DNA of 64,000 bases from Eledone cirrhosa (GCA_964016885.1 OZ024742.1:316262001-316326000), one strand, 5' to 3'. Shown: positions 1-11,633, counted from the stretch's first letter. The notes: generated by a model from the sequence alone, not told the origin. Made by a program: numbers and translations.

Positions 1-3000
1 GGTTGGTGGTGGCTATAGTGGTAGTTGTGATGGCGTTGGTAGTTGTAGTGTTGAGGTTGGTGGTGGCTATAGTGGTAGTTGTGGTGGCGTTGGTAGTTGT
101 AGTGTTGTTGTTGGTGGTGGCTATAGTGGTAGTTGTGGTGGCGTTGGTAGTTGTAGTGTTGAGGTTGGTGGTGGCTATAGTGGTAGTTGTGATGGCGCTG
201 GTAGTTGTAGTGTTGAGGTTGGTGGTGGCTATAGTGGTAGTTGTGATGGCGTTGGTAGTTGTAGTGTTGAGGTTGGTGGTGGCTATAGTGGTAGTTGTAG
301 TGGCGCTGGTAGTTGTAGTGTTGAGGTTGGTGGTGGCTATAGTGGTAGTTGTGATGGCGCTGGTAGTTGTAGTGTTGAGGTTGGTGGTGGCTATAGTGGT
401 AGTTGTGATGGCGCTGGTAGTTGTAGTGTTGTTGTTGGTGGTGGCTATAGTGGTAGTTGTGGTGGCGTTGGTAGTTGTAGTGTTGAGGTTGGTGGTGGCT
501 ATAGTGGTAGTTGTGATGGCGCTGGTAGTTGTAGTGTTGAGGTTGGTGGTGGCTATAATGGTAGTTGTGATGGCGTTGGTAGTTGTAGTGTTGTTGTTGG
601 TGGTGGCTATAGTGGTAGTTGTGGTGGCGCTGGTAGTTGTAGTGTTGAGGTTGGTGGTGGCTATAGTGGTAGTTGTGATGGCGCTGGTAGTTGTAGTGTT
701 GTTGTTGGTGGTGGCTATAGTGGTAGTTGTGATGGCGCTGGTAGTTGTAGTGTTGAGGTTGGTGGTGGCTATAGTGGTAGTTGTGGTGGCGTTGGTAGTT
801 GTAGTGTTGTTGTTGGTGGTGGCTATAGTGGTAGTTGTGATGGCACTGGTAGTTGTAGTGTTCTGGTTGGTGGTGGCTATAGTGGTAGTTGTGATGGCGT
901 TGGTAGTTGTAGTGTTGAGGTTGGTGGTGGCTATAGTGGTAGTTGTGGTGGCGCTGGTAGTTGTAGTGTTGTTGTTGGTGGTGGCTATAGTGGTAGTTGT
1001 GGTGGCGCTGGTAGTTGTAATGTTGAGGTTGGTGGTGGCTATAGTGGTAGTTGTGGTGGCGCTGGTAGTTGTAGTGTTGAGGTTGGTGGTGGCTATAGTG
1101 GTAGTTGTGATGGCGCTGGTAGTTGTAATGTTGAGGTTGGTGGTGGCTATAGTGGTAGTTGTGGTGGCGCTGGTAGTTGTAGTGTTGAGGTTGGTGGTGG
1201 CTATAGTGGTAGTTGTAGTGTTGTTGTTGGTGGTGGCTATAGTGGTAGTTGTGATGGCGCTGGTAGTTGTAATGTTGAGGTTGGTGGTGGCTATAGTGGT
1301 AGTTGTGGTGGCGCTGGTAGTTGTAGTGTTGAGGTTGGTGGTGGCTATAGTGGTAGTTGTAGTGTTGTTGTTGGTGGTGGCTATAGTGGTAGTTGTGATG
1401 GCGCTGGTAGTTGTAATGTTGAGGTTGGTGGTGGCTATAGTGGTAGTTGTGGTGGCGCTGGTAGTTGTAGTGTTGAGGTTGGTGGTGGCTATAGTGGTAG
1501 TTGTGATGGCGCTGGTAGTTGTAGTGTTGTTGTTGGTGGTGGCTATAGTGGTAGTTGTGATGGCGCTGGTAGTTGTAGTGTTGAGGTTGGTGGTGGCTAT
1601 AGTGGTAGTTGTGGTGGCGCTGGTAGTTGTAGTGTTGAGGTTGGTGGTGGCTATAGTGGTAGTTGTGATGGCGCTGGTAGTTGTAGTGTTGAGGTTGGTG
1701 GTGGCTATAGTGGTAGTTGTGGTGGCGTTGATGGTTGTAGTGTTGTTGTTGGTGGTGGCTATAGTGGTAGTTGTGGTGGCGTTGGTAGTTGTAGTGTTGT
1801 TGTTGGTGGTGGCTATAGTGGTAGTTGTGGTGGCGTTGGTAGTTGTAGTGTTGAGGTTGGTGGTGGCTATAGTGGTAGTTGTGGTGGCGTTGGTAGTTGT
1901 AGTGTTGTTGTTGGTGGTGGCTATAGTGGTAGTTGTGGTGGCGTTGGTAGTTGTAGTGTTGTTGTTGGTGGTGGCTATAGTGGTAGTTGTGATGGCGTTG
2001 GTAGTTGTAGTGTTGAGGTTGGTGGTGGCTATAGTGGTAGTTGTGATGGCGTTGGTAGTTGTAGTGTTGTTGTTGGTGGTGGCTATAGTGGTAGTTGTGG
2101 TGGCATTGGTAGTTATAGTGTTGTTGTTGGCGGTGGCTATAGTGGTAGTTGTGGTGGCATTGGTAGTTGTAGTGTTGAGGTTGGTGGTGGCTATAGTGGT
2201 AGTTGTGATGGCGCTGGTAGTTGTAATGTTGTTGTTGTTGGTGGCTATAGTGGTAGTTGTGATGGCGTTGGTAGTTGTAGTGTTGAGGTTGGTGGTGGCT
2301 ATAGTGGTAGTTGTGATGGCGCTGGTAGTTGTAGTGTTGAGGTTGGTGGTGGCTATAGTGGTAGTTGTGATGGCGCTGGTAGTTGTAGTGTTGAGGTTGG
2401 TGGTGGCTATAGTGGTAGTTGTGATGGCGCTGGTAGTTGTAGTGTTGTTGTTGGTGGTGGCTATAGTGGTAGTTGTGATGGCGTTGGTAGTTATAGTGTT
2501 GTTGTTGGTGGTGGCTATAGTGGTAGTTGTGGTGGCATTGGTAGTTGTAGTGTTGTTGTTGGTGGTGGCTATAGTGGTAGTTGTGGTGGCGTTGGTAGTT
2601 GTAGTGTTGAGGTTGGTGGTGGCTATAGTGGTAGTTGTGATGGCGCTGGTAGTTGTAGTGTTGAGGTTGGTGGTGGCTATAGTGGTAGTTGTGGTGGCGT
2701 TGGTAGTTGTAGTGTTGTTGTTGGTGGTGGCTATAGTGGTAGTTGTGATGGCGTTGGTAGTTGTAGTGTTGAGGTTGGTGGTGGCTATAGTGGTAGTTGT
2801 GGTGGCGTTGGTAGTTGTAGTGTTGTTGTTGTTGGTGGATATAGTGGTAGTTGTGATGGCGCTGGTAGTTGTAGTGTTGTTGTTGGTGGTGGCTATAGTG
2901 GTAGTTGTGGTGGCGCTGGTAGTTGTAGTGTTGAGGTTGGTGGTGGCTATAGTGGTAGTTGTGATGGCGCTGGTAGTTGTAGTGTTGTTGTTGGTGGTGG

Positions 3001-5990
3001 CTATAGTGGTAGTTGTGGTGGCGCTGGTAGATGTAGTGTTGAGGTTGGTGGTGGCTATAGTGGTAGTTGTGATGGCGCTGGTAGTTGTAGTGTTGAGGTT
3101 GGTGGTGGCTATAGTGGTAGTTGTGGTGGCGTTGGTAGTTGTAGTGTTGAGGTTGGTGGTGGCTATAGTGGTAGTTGTGGTGGCGTTAGTAGTTGTAGTG
3201 TTGAGGTTGGTGGTGGCTATAGTGGTAGTTGTGGTGGCGCTGGTAGTTGTAGTGTTGTTGTTGGTGGTGGCTATAGTGGTAGTTGTGATGGCGCTGGTAG
3301 TTGTAGTGTTGTTGTTGGTGGTGGCTATAGTGGTAGTTGTGATGGCGTTGGTAGTTGTAGTGTTGAGGTTGGTGGTGGCTATAGTGGTAGTTGTGGTGGC
3401 GCTGGTAGTTGTAGTGTTGTTGTTGGTGGTGGCTATAGTGGTAGTTGTGATGGCGTTGGTAGTTGTAGTGTTGTTGTTGGTGGTGGCTATAGTGGTAGTT
3501 GTGATGGCGCTGGTAGTTGTAGTGTTGAGGTTGGTGGTGGCTATAGTGGTAGTTGTGATGGCGCTGGTAGTTGTAGTGTTGTTGTTGGTGGTGGCTATAG
3601 TGGTAGTTGTGATGGCGCTGCTAGTTGTAGTGTTGAGGTTGGTGGTGGCTATAGTGGTAGTTGTGATGGCGCTGGTAGTTGTAGTGTTGTTGTTGGTGGT
3701 GGCTATAGTGGTAGTTGTGATGGCGCTGGTAGTTGTAGTGTTGTTGTTGGTGGTGGCTATAGTGGTAGTTGTGATGGCGCTGGTAGTTGTAGTGTTGAGG
3801 TTGGTGGTGGTTATAGTGGTAGTTGTGATGGCGCTGGTAGTTGTAGTGTTGTTGTTGGTGGTGGCTATAGTGGTAGTTGTGATGGCGCTGGTAGTTGTAG
3901 TGTTGTTGTTGGTGGTGGCTATAGTGGTAGTTGTGGTGGCGCTGGTAGTTGTAGTGTTGAGGTTGGTGGTGGTTATAGTGGTAGTTGTGATGGCGCTGGT
4001 AGATGTAGTGTTGTTGTTGGTGGTGGCTATAGTGGTAGTTGTGATGGCGCTGGTAGTTGTAGTGTTGTTGTTGGTGGTGGCTATAGTGGTAGTTGTGGTG
4101 GCGCTGGTAGTTGTAGTGTTGTTGTTGTTGGTGGCTACAGTGGTAGTTGTGATGGCGCTGGTAGTTGTAGTGTTGAGGTTGGTGGTGGCTATAGTGGTAG
4201 TTGTGATGGCGTTGGTAGTTGTAGTGTTGTTGTTGGTGGTGGCTATAGTGGTAGCTGTGGTGGCGTTGATGGTTGTATTGTTGTTGTTGTTGGTGGCTAT
4301 AGTGGTAGTTATGGTGGCGTTGGTAGTTGTAGTGTTGTTGTTGGTGGTGGCTATAGTGGTAGTTGTGGTGGCGCTGGTAGTTGTAGTGTTGTTGTTGGTG
4401 GTGGCTATAGTGGTAGTTGTGATGGCGTTGGTAGTTGTAGTGTTGTTGTTGGTGGTGGCTATAGTGGTAGTTGTGATGGCGTTGGTAGTTGTAGTGTTGT
4501 TGTTGGTGGTGGCTATAGTGGTAGTTGTGATGGCGTTGGTAGTTGTAGTGTTGTTGTTGGTGGTGGCTATAGTGGTAGTTGTGGTGGCGCTGGTAGTTGT
4601 AGTGTTGAGGTTGGTGGTGGCTATAGTGGTAGTTGTGGTGGCGTTGATGGTTGTATTGTTGTTGTTGTTGGTGGTGGCTATAGTGGTAGTTGTGGTGGCG
4701 CTGGTAGTTGTAGCGTTGAGGTTGGTGGTGGCTATAGTGGTAGTTGTGGTGGCGTTGATGGTTGTATTGTTGTTGTTGTTGGTGGTGGCTATAGTGGTAG
4801 TTGTGGTGGCGCTGGTAGTTGTAGTGTTGAGGTTGGTGGTGGCTATAGTGGTAGTTGTGGTGGCGTTGATGGTTGTATTGTTGTTGTTGTTGGTGGTGGC
4901 TATAGTGGTAGTTGTGGTGGCGCTGGTAGTTGTAGCGTTGAGGTTGGTGGTGGCTATAGTGGTAGTTGTGGTGGCGTTGATGGTTGTATTGTTGTTGTTG
5001 TTGGTGGTGGCTATAGTGGTAGTTGTGGTGGCGCTGGTAGTTGTAGCGTTGAGGTTGGTGGTGGCTATAGTGGTAGTTGTGGTGGCGTTGATGGTTGTAT
5101 TGTTGTTGTTGTTGGTGGTGGCTATAGTGGTAGTTGTGGTGGCGCTGGTAGTTGTAGCGTTGAGGTTAGTGGTGGCTATAGTGGTAGTTGTGGTGGCGTT
5201 GATGGTTGTATTGTTGTTGTTGTTGGTGGTGGCTATAGTGGTAGTTGTGGTGGCGCTGGTAGTTGTAGCGTTGAGGTTGGTGGTGGCTATAGTGGTAGTT
5301 GTGATGGCGTTGGTAGTTGTAGTGTTGTTGTTGTTGGTGGCTATAGTGGTAGTTGTGATGGCGCTGGTAGTTGTAGTGTTGTTGTTGGTGGTGGCTATAG
5401 TGGTAGCTGTGGTGGCGTTGATGGTTGTATTGTTGTTGTTGTTGGTGGTGGCTATAGTGGTAGTTGTGGTGGCGCTGGTAGTTGTAGTGTTGTTGTTGGT
5501 GGTGGCTATAGTGGTAGTTGTGATGGCGTTGCTAGTTGTAGTGTTGTTGTTGGTGGTGGCTATAGTGGTAGTTGTGGTGGCGCTGGTAGTTGTAGTGTTG
5601 TTGTTGGTGGTGGCTATAGTGGTAGTTGTGATGGCGCTGGTAGTTGTAGTGTTGTTGTTGGTGGTGGCTATAGTGGTAGTTGTGATGGCGCTGGTAGTTG
5701 TAGTGTTGAGGTTGGTGGTGGCTATAGTGGTAGTTGTGATGGCGCTGGTAGTTGTAGTGTTGAGGTTGGTGGTGGCTATAGTGGTAGTTGTGGTGGCGTT
5801 GATGGTTGTATTGTTGTTGTTGTTGGTGGTGGTTATAGTGGTAGTTGTGGTGGCGTTGGTGGTTGTGTTGTTGTTGTTGGTGGTGGTGGTTATGTTGGTA
5901 GTTGTGAAGTCGCTGGTAGTTGTAGTGTTGCTGTCGTTGTTGTTGGTGGTGGTGGTTATGGTGGTAGTTGTGATGGCGTGTTGGTTGTGT
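1..5990. repeat. 54-bp tandem array (about 110 units) running off the left edge of the window
   Basis: Unit ttgaggttggtggtggctatagtggtagttgtgatggcgytggtagttgtagtg. Variants of 36 and 57 bp occur, and all indels seen are multiples of 3. Confidence 0.97.
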
Positions 5991-6040
5991 TGTTGTTGTT
6001 GGCATAATAAGGGTGTCCTTAATGGTGGGGATAATGACAG
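2..6040 (-). CDS. Candidate Thr-rich mucin-like repeat exon, (NTTTT[N/S]A[I/T]TTTTIATTN[L/N])n
   Basis: Minus frame has no stop for about 2000 codons and runs off the window, so it is absent from the ORF track. About 55% Thr, with N-x-T sequons in every unit. No start or splice site confirmed. Confidence 0.4.
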   Translation of the reverse strand, partial: MSLSPPLRTPLLCQQQQHNQHAITTTTITTTTNNNDSNTTTTSDFTTTNITTTTNNNNTTTNATTTTTITTTNNNNNTTINATTTTTIATTNLNTTTTSAITTTTIATTNLNTTTTSAITTTTIATTNNNTTTTSAITTTTIATTNNNTTTTSATTTTTIATTNNNTTTSNAITTTTIATTNNNTTTTSATTTTTIATTNNNNNTTINATTATTIATTNNNTTTTSAITTTTIATNNNNTTTTNAITTTTIATTNLNATTTSATTTTTIATTNNNNNTTINATTTTTIATTNLNATTTSATTTTTIATTNNNNNTTINATTTTTIATTNLNATTTSATTTTTIATTNNNNNTTINATTTTTIATTNLNATTTSATTTTTIATTNNNNNTTINATTTTTIATTNLNTTTTSATTTTTIATTNNNNNTTINATTTTTIATTNLNATTTSATTTTTIATTNNNNNTTINATTTTTIATTNLNTTTTSATTTTTIATTNNNTTTTNAITTTTIATTNNNTTTTNAITTTTIATTNNNTTTTNAITTTTIATTNNNTTTTSATTTTTIATTNNNTTTTNATITTTIATNNNNNTTINATTATTIATTNNNTTTTNAITTTTIATTNLNTTTTSAITTTTVATNNNNTTTTSATTTTTIATTNNNTTTTSAITTTTIATTNNNTTSTSAITTTTITTTNLNTTTTSATTTTTIATTNNNTTTTSAITTTTIATTNNNTTTTSAITTTTITTTNLNTTTTSAITTTTIATTNNNTTTTSAITTTTIATTNNNTTTTSAITTTTIATTNLNTTTSSAITTTTIATTNNNTTTTSAITTTTIATTNLNTTTTSAITTTTIATTNNNTTTTNAITTTTIATTNNNTTTTSATTTTTIATTNLNTTTTNAITTTTIATTNNNTTTTSAITTTTIATTNNNTTTTSATTTTTIATTNLNTTTTNATTTTTIATTNLNTTTTNATTTTTIATTNLNTTTTSAITTTTIATTNLNTTSTSATTTTTIATTNNNTTTTSAITTTTIATTNLNTTTTSATTTTTIATTNNNTTTTSAITTTTISTNNNNTTTTNATTTTTIATTNLNTTTTNAITTTTIATTNNNTTTTNATTTTTIATTNLNTTTTSAITTTTIATTNLNTTTTNATTTTTIATTNNNTTTTNATTTTTIATTNNNTITTNAITTTTIATTNNNTTTTSAITTTTIATTNLNTTTTSAITTTTIATTNLNTTTTSAITTTTIATTNLNTTTTNAITTTTIATNNNNITTTSAITTTTIATTNLNTTTTNATTTTTIATANNNTITTNATTTTTIATTNNNTTTTNAITTTTIATTNLNTTTTNAITTTTIATTNNNTTTTNATTTTTIATTNNNTTTTNATTTTTIATTNLNTTTTNATTTTTIATTNNNTTTTNATTTTTIATTNNNTTTINATTTTTIATTNLNTTTTSAITTTTIATTNLNTTTTSATTTTTIATTNLNTTTTSAITTTTIATTNNNTTTTSAITTTTIATTNLNTTTTSATTTTTIATTNLNITTTSAITTTTIATTNNNTTTTTIATTNLNTTTTSATTTTTIATTNLNITTTSAITTTTIATTNNNTTTTTIATTNLNTTTTSATTTTTIATTNLNITTTSAITTTTIATTNLNTTTTSATTTTTIATTNLNITTTSATTTTTIATTNNNTTTTSATTTTTIATTNLNTTTTNAITTTTIATTNQNTTTTSAITTTTIATTNNNTTTTNATTTTTIATTNLNTTTTSAITTTTIATTNNNTTTTSAITTTTIATTNLNTTTTSATTTTTIATTNNNTTTTNAITTTIIATTNLNTTTTSAITTTTIATTNLNTTTTNATTTTTIATTNNNTTTTSAITTTTIATTNLNTTTTSAITTTTIATTNLNTTTTSATTTTTIATTNLNTTTTNAITTTTIATTNLNTTTTSAITTTTIATTNLNTTTTNATTTTTIATTNNNTTTTNATTTTTIATTNLNTTTTNAITTTTIATTN

Positions 6041-6103
6041 TTACAGTACTGTTGAGGTGTTAACGCTGGTGATATCAGTTATATTAATGACCATGGCGGT
6101 GAA

Positions 6104-6139
<36 letters not shown>

Positions 6140-6171
6140 CACTACTACTGCTGCTGCTGCTACTGCTGCTG

Positions 6172-6230
<59 letters not shown>
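6104..6230. repeat. (ACT)n/(GCT)n trinucleotide microsatellite
   Basis: Read directly. Confidence 0.95.
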
Positions 6231-6231
<1 letters not shown>

Positions 6232-6280
6232 GATTGACAGCATTTTCAAACCGTCATTCTGTATTTATCTGAGTACCACA

Positions 6281-6592
6281 TTGCTTTTCAACCTTCCGGT
6301 GTCGATAAAATAAAGTACCAGTAATGCACTGGGGTCGATTTAATCGATTTTCCCTTCCCCCAAATTGCTGGCCTTGTGGCTATAGCAGAAATGATTATTA
6401 TTATTATGATAATTGTTTCTACTTTTGGCACAAGGCCAGCAATTATCCCAGTACATTACTGGTACTTTATTTTATCGACGCCGTAAGGATGAAAGGCAAA
6501 GTGAATCTCGCCGGGATTTGAACTCAGACTACAAGGGGACGTAACTCTATGCTGGAAAGCATGGCGTCCAACCTTCTACCGATACTGCCAAT
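6281..6592. mobile_element. Tail-to-tail pair of tRNA-derived SINEs (+ 3' part 6281-6400; - copy 6409-6592)
   Basis: Both carry the shared core gcctttcatccttacggggtcgataaaataaagtaccag, in opposite orientations. Confidence 0.85.
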
Positions 6593-7669
6593 GATAAAAA
6601 CGATGGTAATGATGCTGATGATGATGGTGATGATGATGATGGTGATGATGATGATGGTGATTATAATGCGGGGGTGAAGGAAGAGAAAGATTGTGATAAG
6701 AATGAAGATATATTGCACAATGACGACAACGCTGACGAAGAGAATGAAGTCAACGAAAAATATGATTGAAAGAAATATGCGAAGTAGACAGAAACAAAAC
6801 AAATAACAAAAATAAAAAATATAAAAAAACAAACAAAAAAAAAACAAACAACAACCAACAAATAGATAAATAAATAAGAGAAATGGTAGAGTAAGGAATG
6901 AGTTTGTTCTTGAAGATGGTTGAGATATAAAGTACAGAGAGTGTTGGTGGTGCTTGTAACCTCTATTGAAGGACAGCCAGATAAATAGCCTGGTATTTAG
7001 TATAGAATGAAGAGAGAAGAGGCAGTGTGGGTGAAATTAACGAAAAATAGTAAACAGGATGCGGGAAGGGTGAAACGGGGTGAAAGAAATATTGCAATGA
7101 GCCTGTTCGTGCATACACACGTATGTTGAAACAGACATACTCACACATATAAGTGCAAACCCAGTTACACACAGAATAAGACAATACATAGATCTGTTGA
7201 TAGCTATATTAGTTATAGATACACATTAAATGATTAGTAACCAGATAGATAAATATATTTATGGGTACTTAATTACTCAGTGCATAATAATACACGCGCA
7301 CACACACACGCGCGCGCACATACATACACACGCACACTTCTGTACACATACTCATGTACACACACACACACTCCTGTACACACACATACTCACGCACATA
7401 CACGCACATACTCTTTCACGCATAAATATAAATGTGTATGCGATAGCAATTACGTTAATATTTACGTAAATAATGGCAATATTGTTAAATAATTGCCATA
7501 AGATATTCCAAAAAGAGTTTAAGTGGCCGAGGATCAGATATATATCTGCCTAGTAAAGAAAGTAAACGGTATCTTCTACTTATTTAGGATATGCTAGTCC
7601 ACTGCTGGATATGTCCTTCCTCAAGCCACTTCCATTCCTTCCTGTCAATTGCCATTATTGTCTAAACCG

Positions 7670-7866
7670 GTCGGTGAATTGGCGGTATCGGTAGAGGGTC
7701 GGACATGCTTTCCAGCATAATTACGTCCCTCTACGATCTGAGTTCAAATCCGGCCGAGGTTATCTTTGCCTTTCATCCTTACGGGGTCGATAAAATAAAG
7801 TACCAGTAATGTACTGGGTAATTGCTGGCATTGTGCCTAAAATAGAAACAATTATTGTCTAAACCG
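7670..7866 (+). mobile_element. Full-length tRNA-derived SINE with 16-bp target-site duplication
   Basis: A-box-like tggcggtatcgg, B-box gagttcaaatcc and the shared core. TSD attattgtctaaaccg at 7654-7669 and 7851-7866. Confidence 0.9.
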
Positions 7867-9311
7867 ATCATATACTTCCTCTAACCACCTTCATGTATTC
7901 TTCGATTTTGTGCCCTTATCTCTTCAGTCTCTCTTATAGAATCATCTCTTTTGTTCTTGAGACCCATGAACAGACCTGTCCACCTCTAGAAACCCAACCG
8001 GAAAGTACCATGAAAAAAAATGCCCTAAAACGGAGAGAAACGAGGCAAAATGGGGAGATTTTACATAATGAAAGCTATACCAATTTTCACAAGAGAAGAC
8101 ATCTCTCACCTACACCCAAAGTGGTTGGGAGATATCCTCGTCGGACAGGGAGAGTTGACAGGTCTGCATGTATTTTCCTCTATACTGCCCATCTCTTCTT
8201 CGTGTTTCCTATTTCCTGAAGCATATCTCCAATTCCTATTTTCCTATTTATCTTTTGACACCTAATCCTCTCATTAAAAATATTTACCAAAAGATATAAC
8301 TATGTCGCTATTGTGAGTTTGGCGTAAGTTTATCTGCACACAAGGCGAATCCGCACCAAAATTAATGAACTTTCAGAAAATATTTGAGTTAACTACTCTT
8401 ATTACAGACTCCGTTGTCAAAAGAGCTATATCTTTGTTATCTAATTTGTAAATTATACGAATGATAATTCTAACACGAAAATCTCGCAAGCTTCTGACGT
8501 TTAGATATAGCTTCATATCGACCTAATTTTAGTATCTCTTTTTTGCTTTTTTTACATGTATATGCCTCTCGATAGGCGGCAAATTGGAATAGTTATTAGA
8601 GTGTCGGATGGGATAATTTGGGATATTCATTTCAACTCCCTGCACTCTAAGTTCAAGTCTCCCTGATACCATTTTCATCATTCCGGTTTCGATAAATAAA
8701 TTATCAGTGTCCAGTACTGATGTCAATTCTCTCACTCTTTCTCTTTAAGAAGAAGAAGAAAGGTCGAATGGTTGAGCAGTTTGCTTCACAATATTTAGGT
8801 GCTGGATTCGATCACACAGCATTGTAGCTTGGGTTAACTGAAACCTTAGGTGTGAATGCGAGTAGATGGAAAGTGCATGAAAACGTTTTAGATATGCTGT
8901 GCTTGTAATCCAAAGATCAACTGTTATCACACACCTGGTTATGCACAATCTCCCTGAGAATTAAATAAAGGGTAGACGTGTCTGCAGAATGTTCAGTCTC
9001 ATGGATGTAAACTTCACAAGCAGGTTATTTCGTAGTCCGAACTGGAAAGTTTATAGGCGAAACCGACGGAGGCCCATTTAATTCTATCGTGCTCCATTCC
9101 ATAGCATCAGTCAAATAGATAGGTAAATACCAGAAATAATTTAAGTGGTAAGACTGGAATCTATTTTAGTTAAAATGCAAGTTAAATTTAGGAGAGTGGG
9201 TGGTATCGTTTGGCGGTCGTCCACACATTACGTTGATGTGTGGGGAGAGCTTACATTTTATTTTGCCGATGGGTGAAACAAAGTGGAGATATATATATAT
9301 ACATGACTTGA

Positions 9312-9467
<156 letters not shown>

Positions 9468-10039
9468 TGCGTGTCTATGTTTGCTTGTTTGCTTTGCTGT
9501 CGACTTGCTTTATCCACCATCCAGCCAAACAACCAGCCTACCTACCAACCTACCTACCTATCAACCAACTTTTACTGTAGGCTTTGCTACTGATCTAGGG
9601 TGGTTTTAGATGGGATTTGCAGAAAGAAAACTTTCTTTAGGTATGTGGTAAGAGTAGTATTTAATATTTTCTATTTTGCTGAAAAGGACTCGTCCAACCC
9701 ATGCAAGTGGGGAAAAAGGACGTAAAATGAAGATGATGATCTCCTATTTCTATTTTGAGTCTCATGTTTTTAAATAAACCCATACATTTCTTTCTTTTTT
9801 CTCTCTATCGTTGTATTACTATGATTAGCTAAGGGGAAGAGGGTATCATCTCGGTACAATCCTTCATATAAACAATGGATCTCAGATTTTAGGCATCATA
9901 GAATGTATAATCCAATGAGATCTGTTACCTGGAACGAGTCACTGGATCCCATAGTGTATGCATGGTCCCATAATTCCCGAGGGAGTCGTAGGGGCGGCGT
10001 ATTGATATATGGCATTTCTAAGCCTGGCGGTTCCTAATC

Positions 10040-10272
10040 CTGTCCAGGTCTGAATACAGTAGATTTCTTCCAGAGACGTATAGAGAGTGAAAGAAAAGGA
10101 GTGAGAAAAGGGATATAGAGGAAGAATCGTTCCCAGTATTTGACTGGTACTTTTTTATTGACCTCAAATTGATGAAAGGTAAAGTTGATCTCGATAGGAT
10201 TTGAACTCAGAGAGCAGAGAGCCGAAACGAATACCACAAATCATTCTAACGACTCTGCCAATTCACCGCCTT
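10040..10272 (-). mobile_element. SINE of a related subfamily (another copy at about 55870-56100)
   Basis: Reverse complement of the SINE head and core with a different 3' tail, which is shared with 55870-56100. Confidence 0.75.
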
Positions 10273-10574
10273 TGGATGCCATAGTAATGTTAGAATTATA
10301 ATCATTCTTCCTAGTCTATAGTTCATTGTTAAATTTGATAATGGTCCTTCTAGATGCGTCAATTGTGTCTATCTCCCGGGAGTTAGGTTAGTTTACTTTC
10401 GAACATAGATCAGTTCCTTATTTATCAGGGTTGGTAAAATTGATGAATAAGAGTTGGAGATATCAAGCTATATAAATTTAATTCTATCCTTATTATATGA
10501 GTCAAATGATATCACAGTTGTAGTAGAATTCTGTCTTTTAGCAGACCTATTATTCTATCAAGTGTATATATATA

Positions 10575-10930
10575 TAAGTTTATCCCGGGTTCAATCAGGG
10601 GTAACCACAGTAAGGTACTCAGTACAAAGCAGAGTATAAATATTTAATATAGAAAAGGACTAGAACTGGATCATTCGGGAGAAATCTTCAGGCAGCCGAC
10701 TGTCCAAGTAATATGGTGGTGTTTATTTCTTTTCTGGTGGTAGGAGAGGGTGGCGATTGGGATGGGTGGAGGTCATTGGTTGATGGGTTTAAAGAAAATG
10801 GAATTCTTTAAAAACTATACTTAGAGTAACAAAGGAAGAAAGAATTCTATAGACAAGTTCACTCTGGGTGTGCCACTCCGGATTTTTAAGGTTCACTTAA
10901 GCTAACAATGGCTTTGGTATGGTGTCTACA
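10575..10930 (-). mobile_element. Penelope pseudo-LTR-like element, family A, with a decayed hammerhead
   Basis: Homologous to 12943-13090, 33608-33810 and 50997-51430. The minus strand reads ctgaaga-tttctcccgaat-gatcc-agttctagtcct, with GAAAC mutated. Confidence 0.7.
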
Positions 10931-11555
10931 AACACACTCACACACGCACACATAATAGCCCTCACTCCCACACACTCGCACAAACATACATATATGTATA
11001 TATATATATATATATAGAATAGAATGAAACGAAATTTCATTTCTCACTCTTAGTACGTGCATATATGTATGTGTGCCTGTATGTATATATATATACATGC
11101 TACTGTACGTCTGTATACATACATGTATGTACGTATACATATATACATACATACTTACATATATATATATATATATATACCTTCCCTGTATATATCACAT
11201 ACATGTATGTGGTTGCGCGTGTGTGTATGTTTATACGCGTGCGTCCCTTCATCCTTGTATGTGTATATATTTCATCTCTTAGTCCCTGAGTCTGTATGTA
11301 CGCTAGTTCCATTATCTTATGTTTTCCCTCATGTATGTACTTACGCACACATTATTTCACTCTACACATGCATTTGTACATACACACACATGTACATTTG
11401 TAAGTGCATATACACACATTTATACACATCCCCTTACTATATTTCTTTATTTTTAATTTTTATACATCTCTTGTATTAATACTTTAATTTATTTTTTTGC
11501 CCGTTAAACTTTTTCCTTTCTTCAAGAGATTTTTCAAATATTTCACTATGTTTTA

Positions 11556-11633
11556 AATTGCCTTGTCTGATGAACGAATGCAGACGTTTCTTGTATTCGT
11601 CTTATTCGGGAAACCTCTGGTAATGAGGTAATT
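11556..11633 (+). ncRNA. Type I hammerhead ribozyme candidate
   Basis: Stem I aattgccttgt/atgaggtaatt (11 bp with GU pairs); CTGATGA 11567-73; stem II cgaat/attcg; GAAAC 11610-14; stem III ACC-tct-GGT; cleavage triplet GTA 11620-22. Confidence 0.75.

Noticed and set aside
1-5990. CRISPR array or telomere
   Set aside because: No unique spacers, no cas genes and no TTAGGG-type unit.
3-6272. 2089-aa Val/Leu-rich ORF as a real protein
   Set aside because: An almost purely aliphatic repeat with no real start; most likely a shadow frame of the triplet-derived array.
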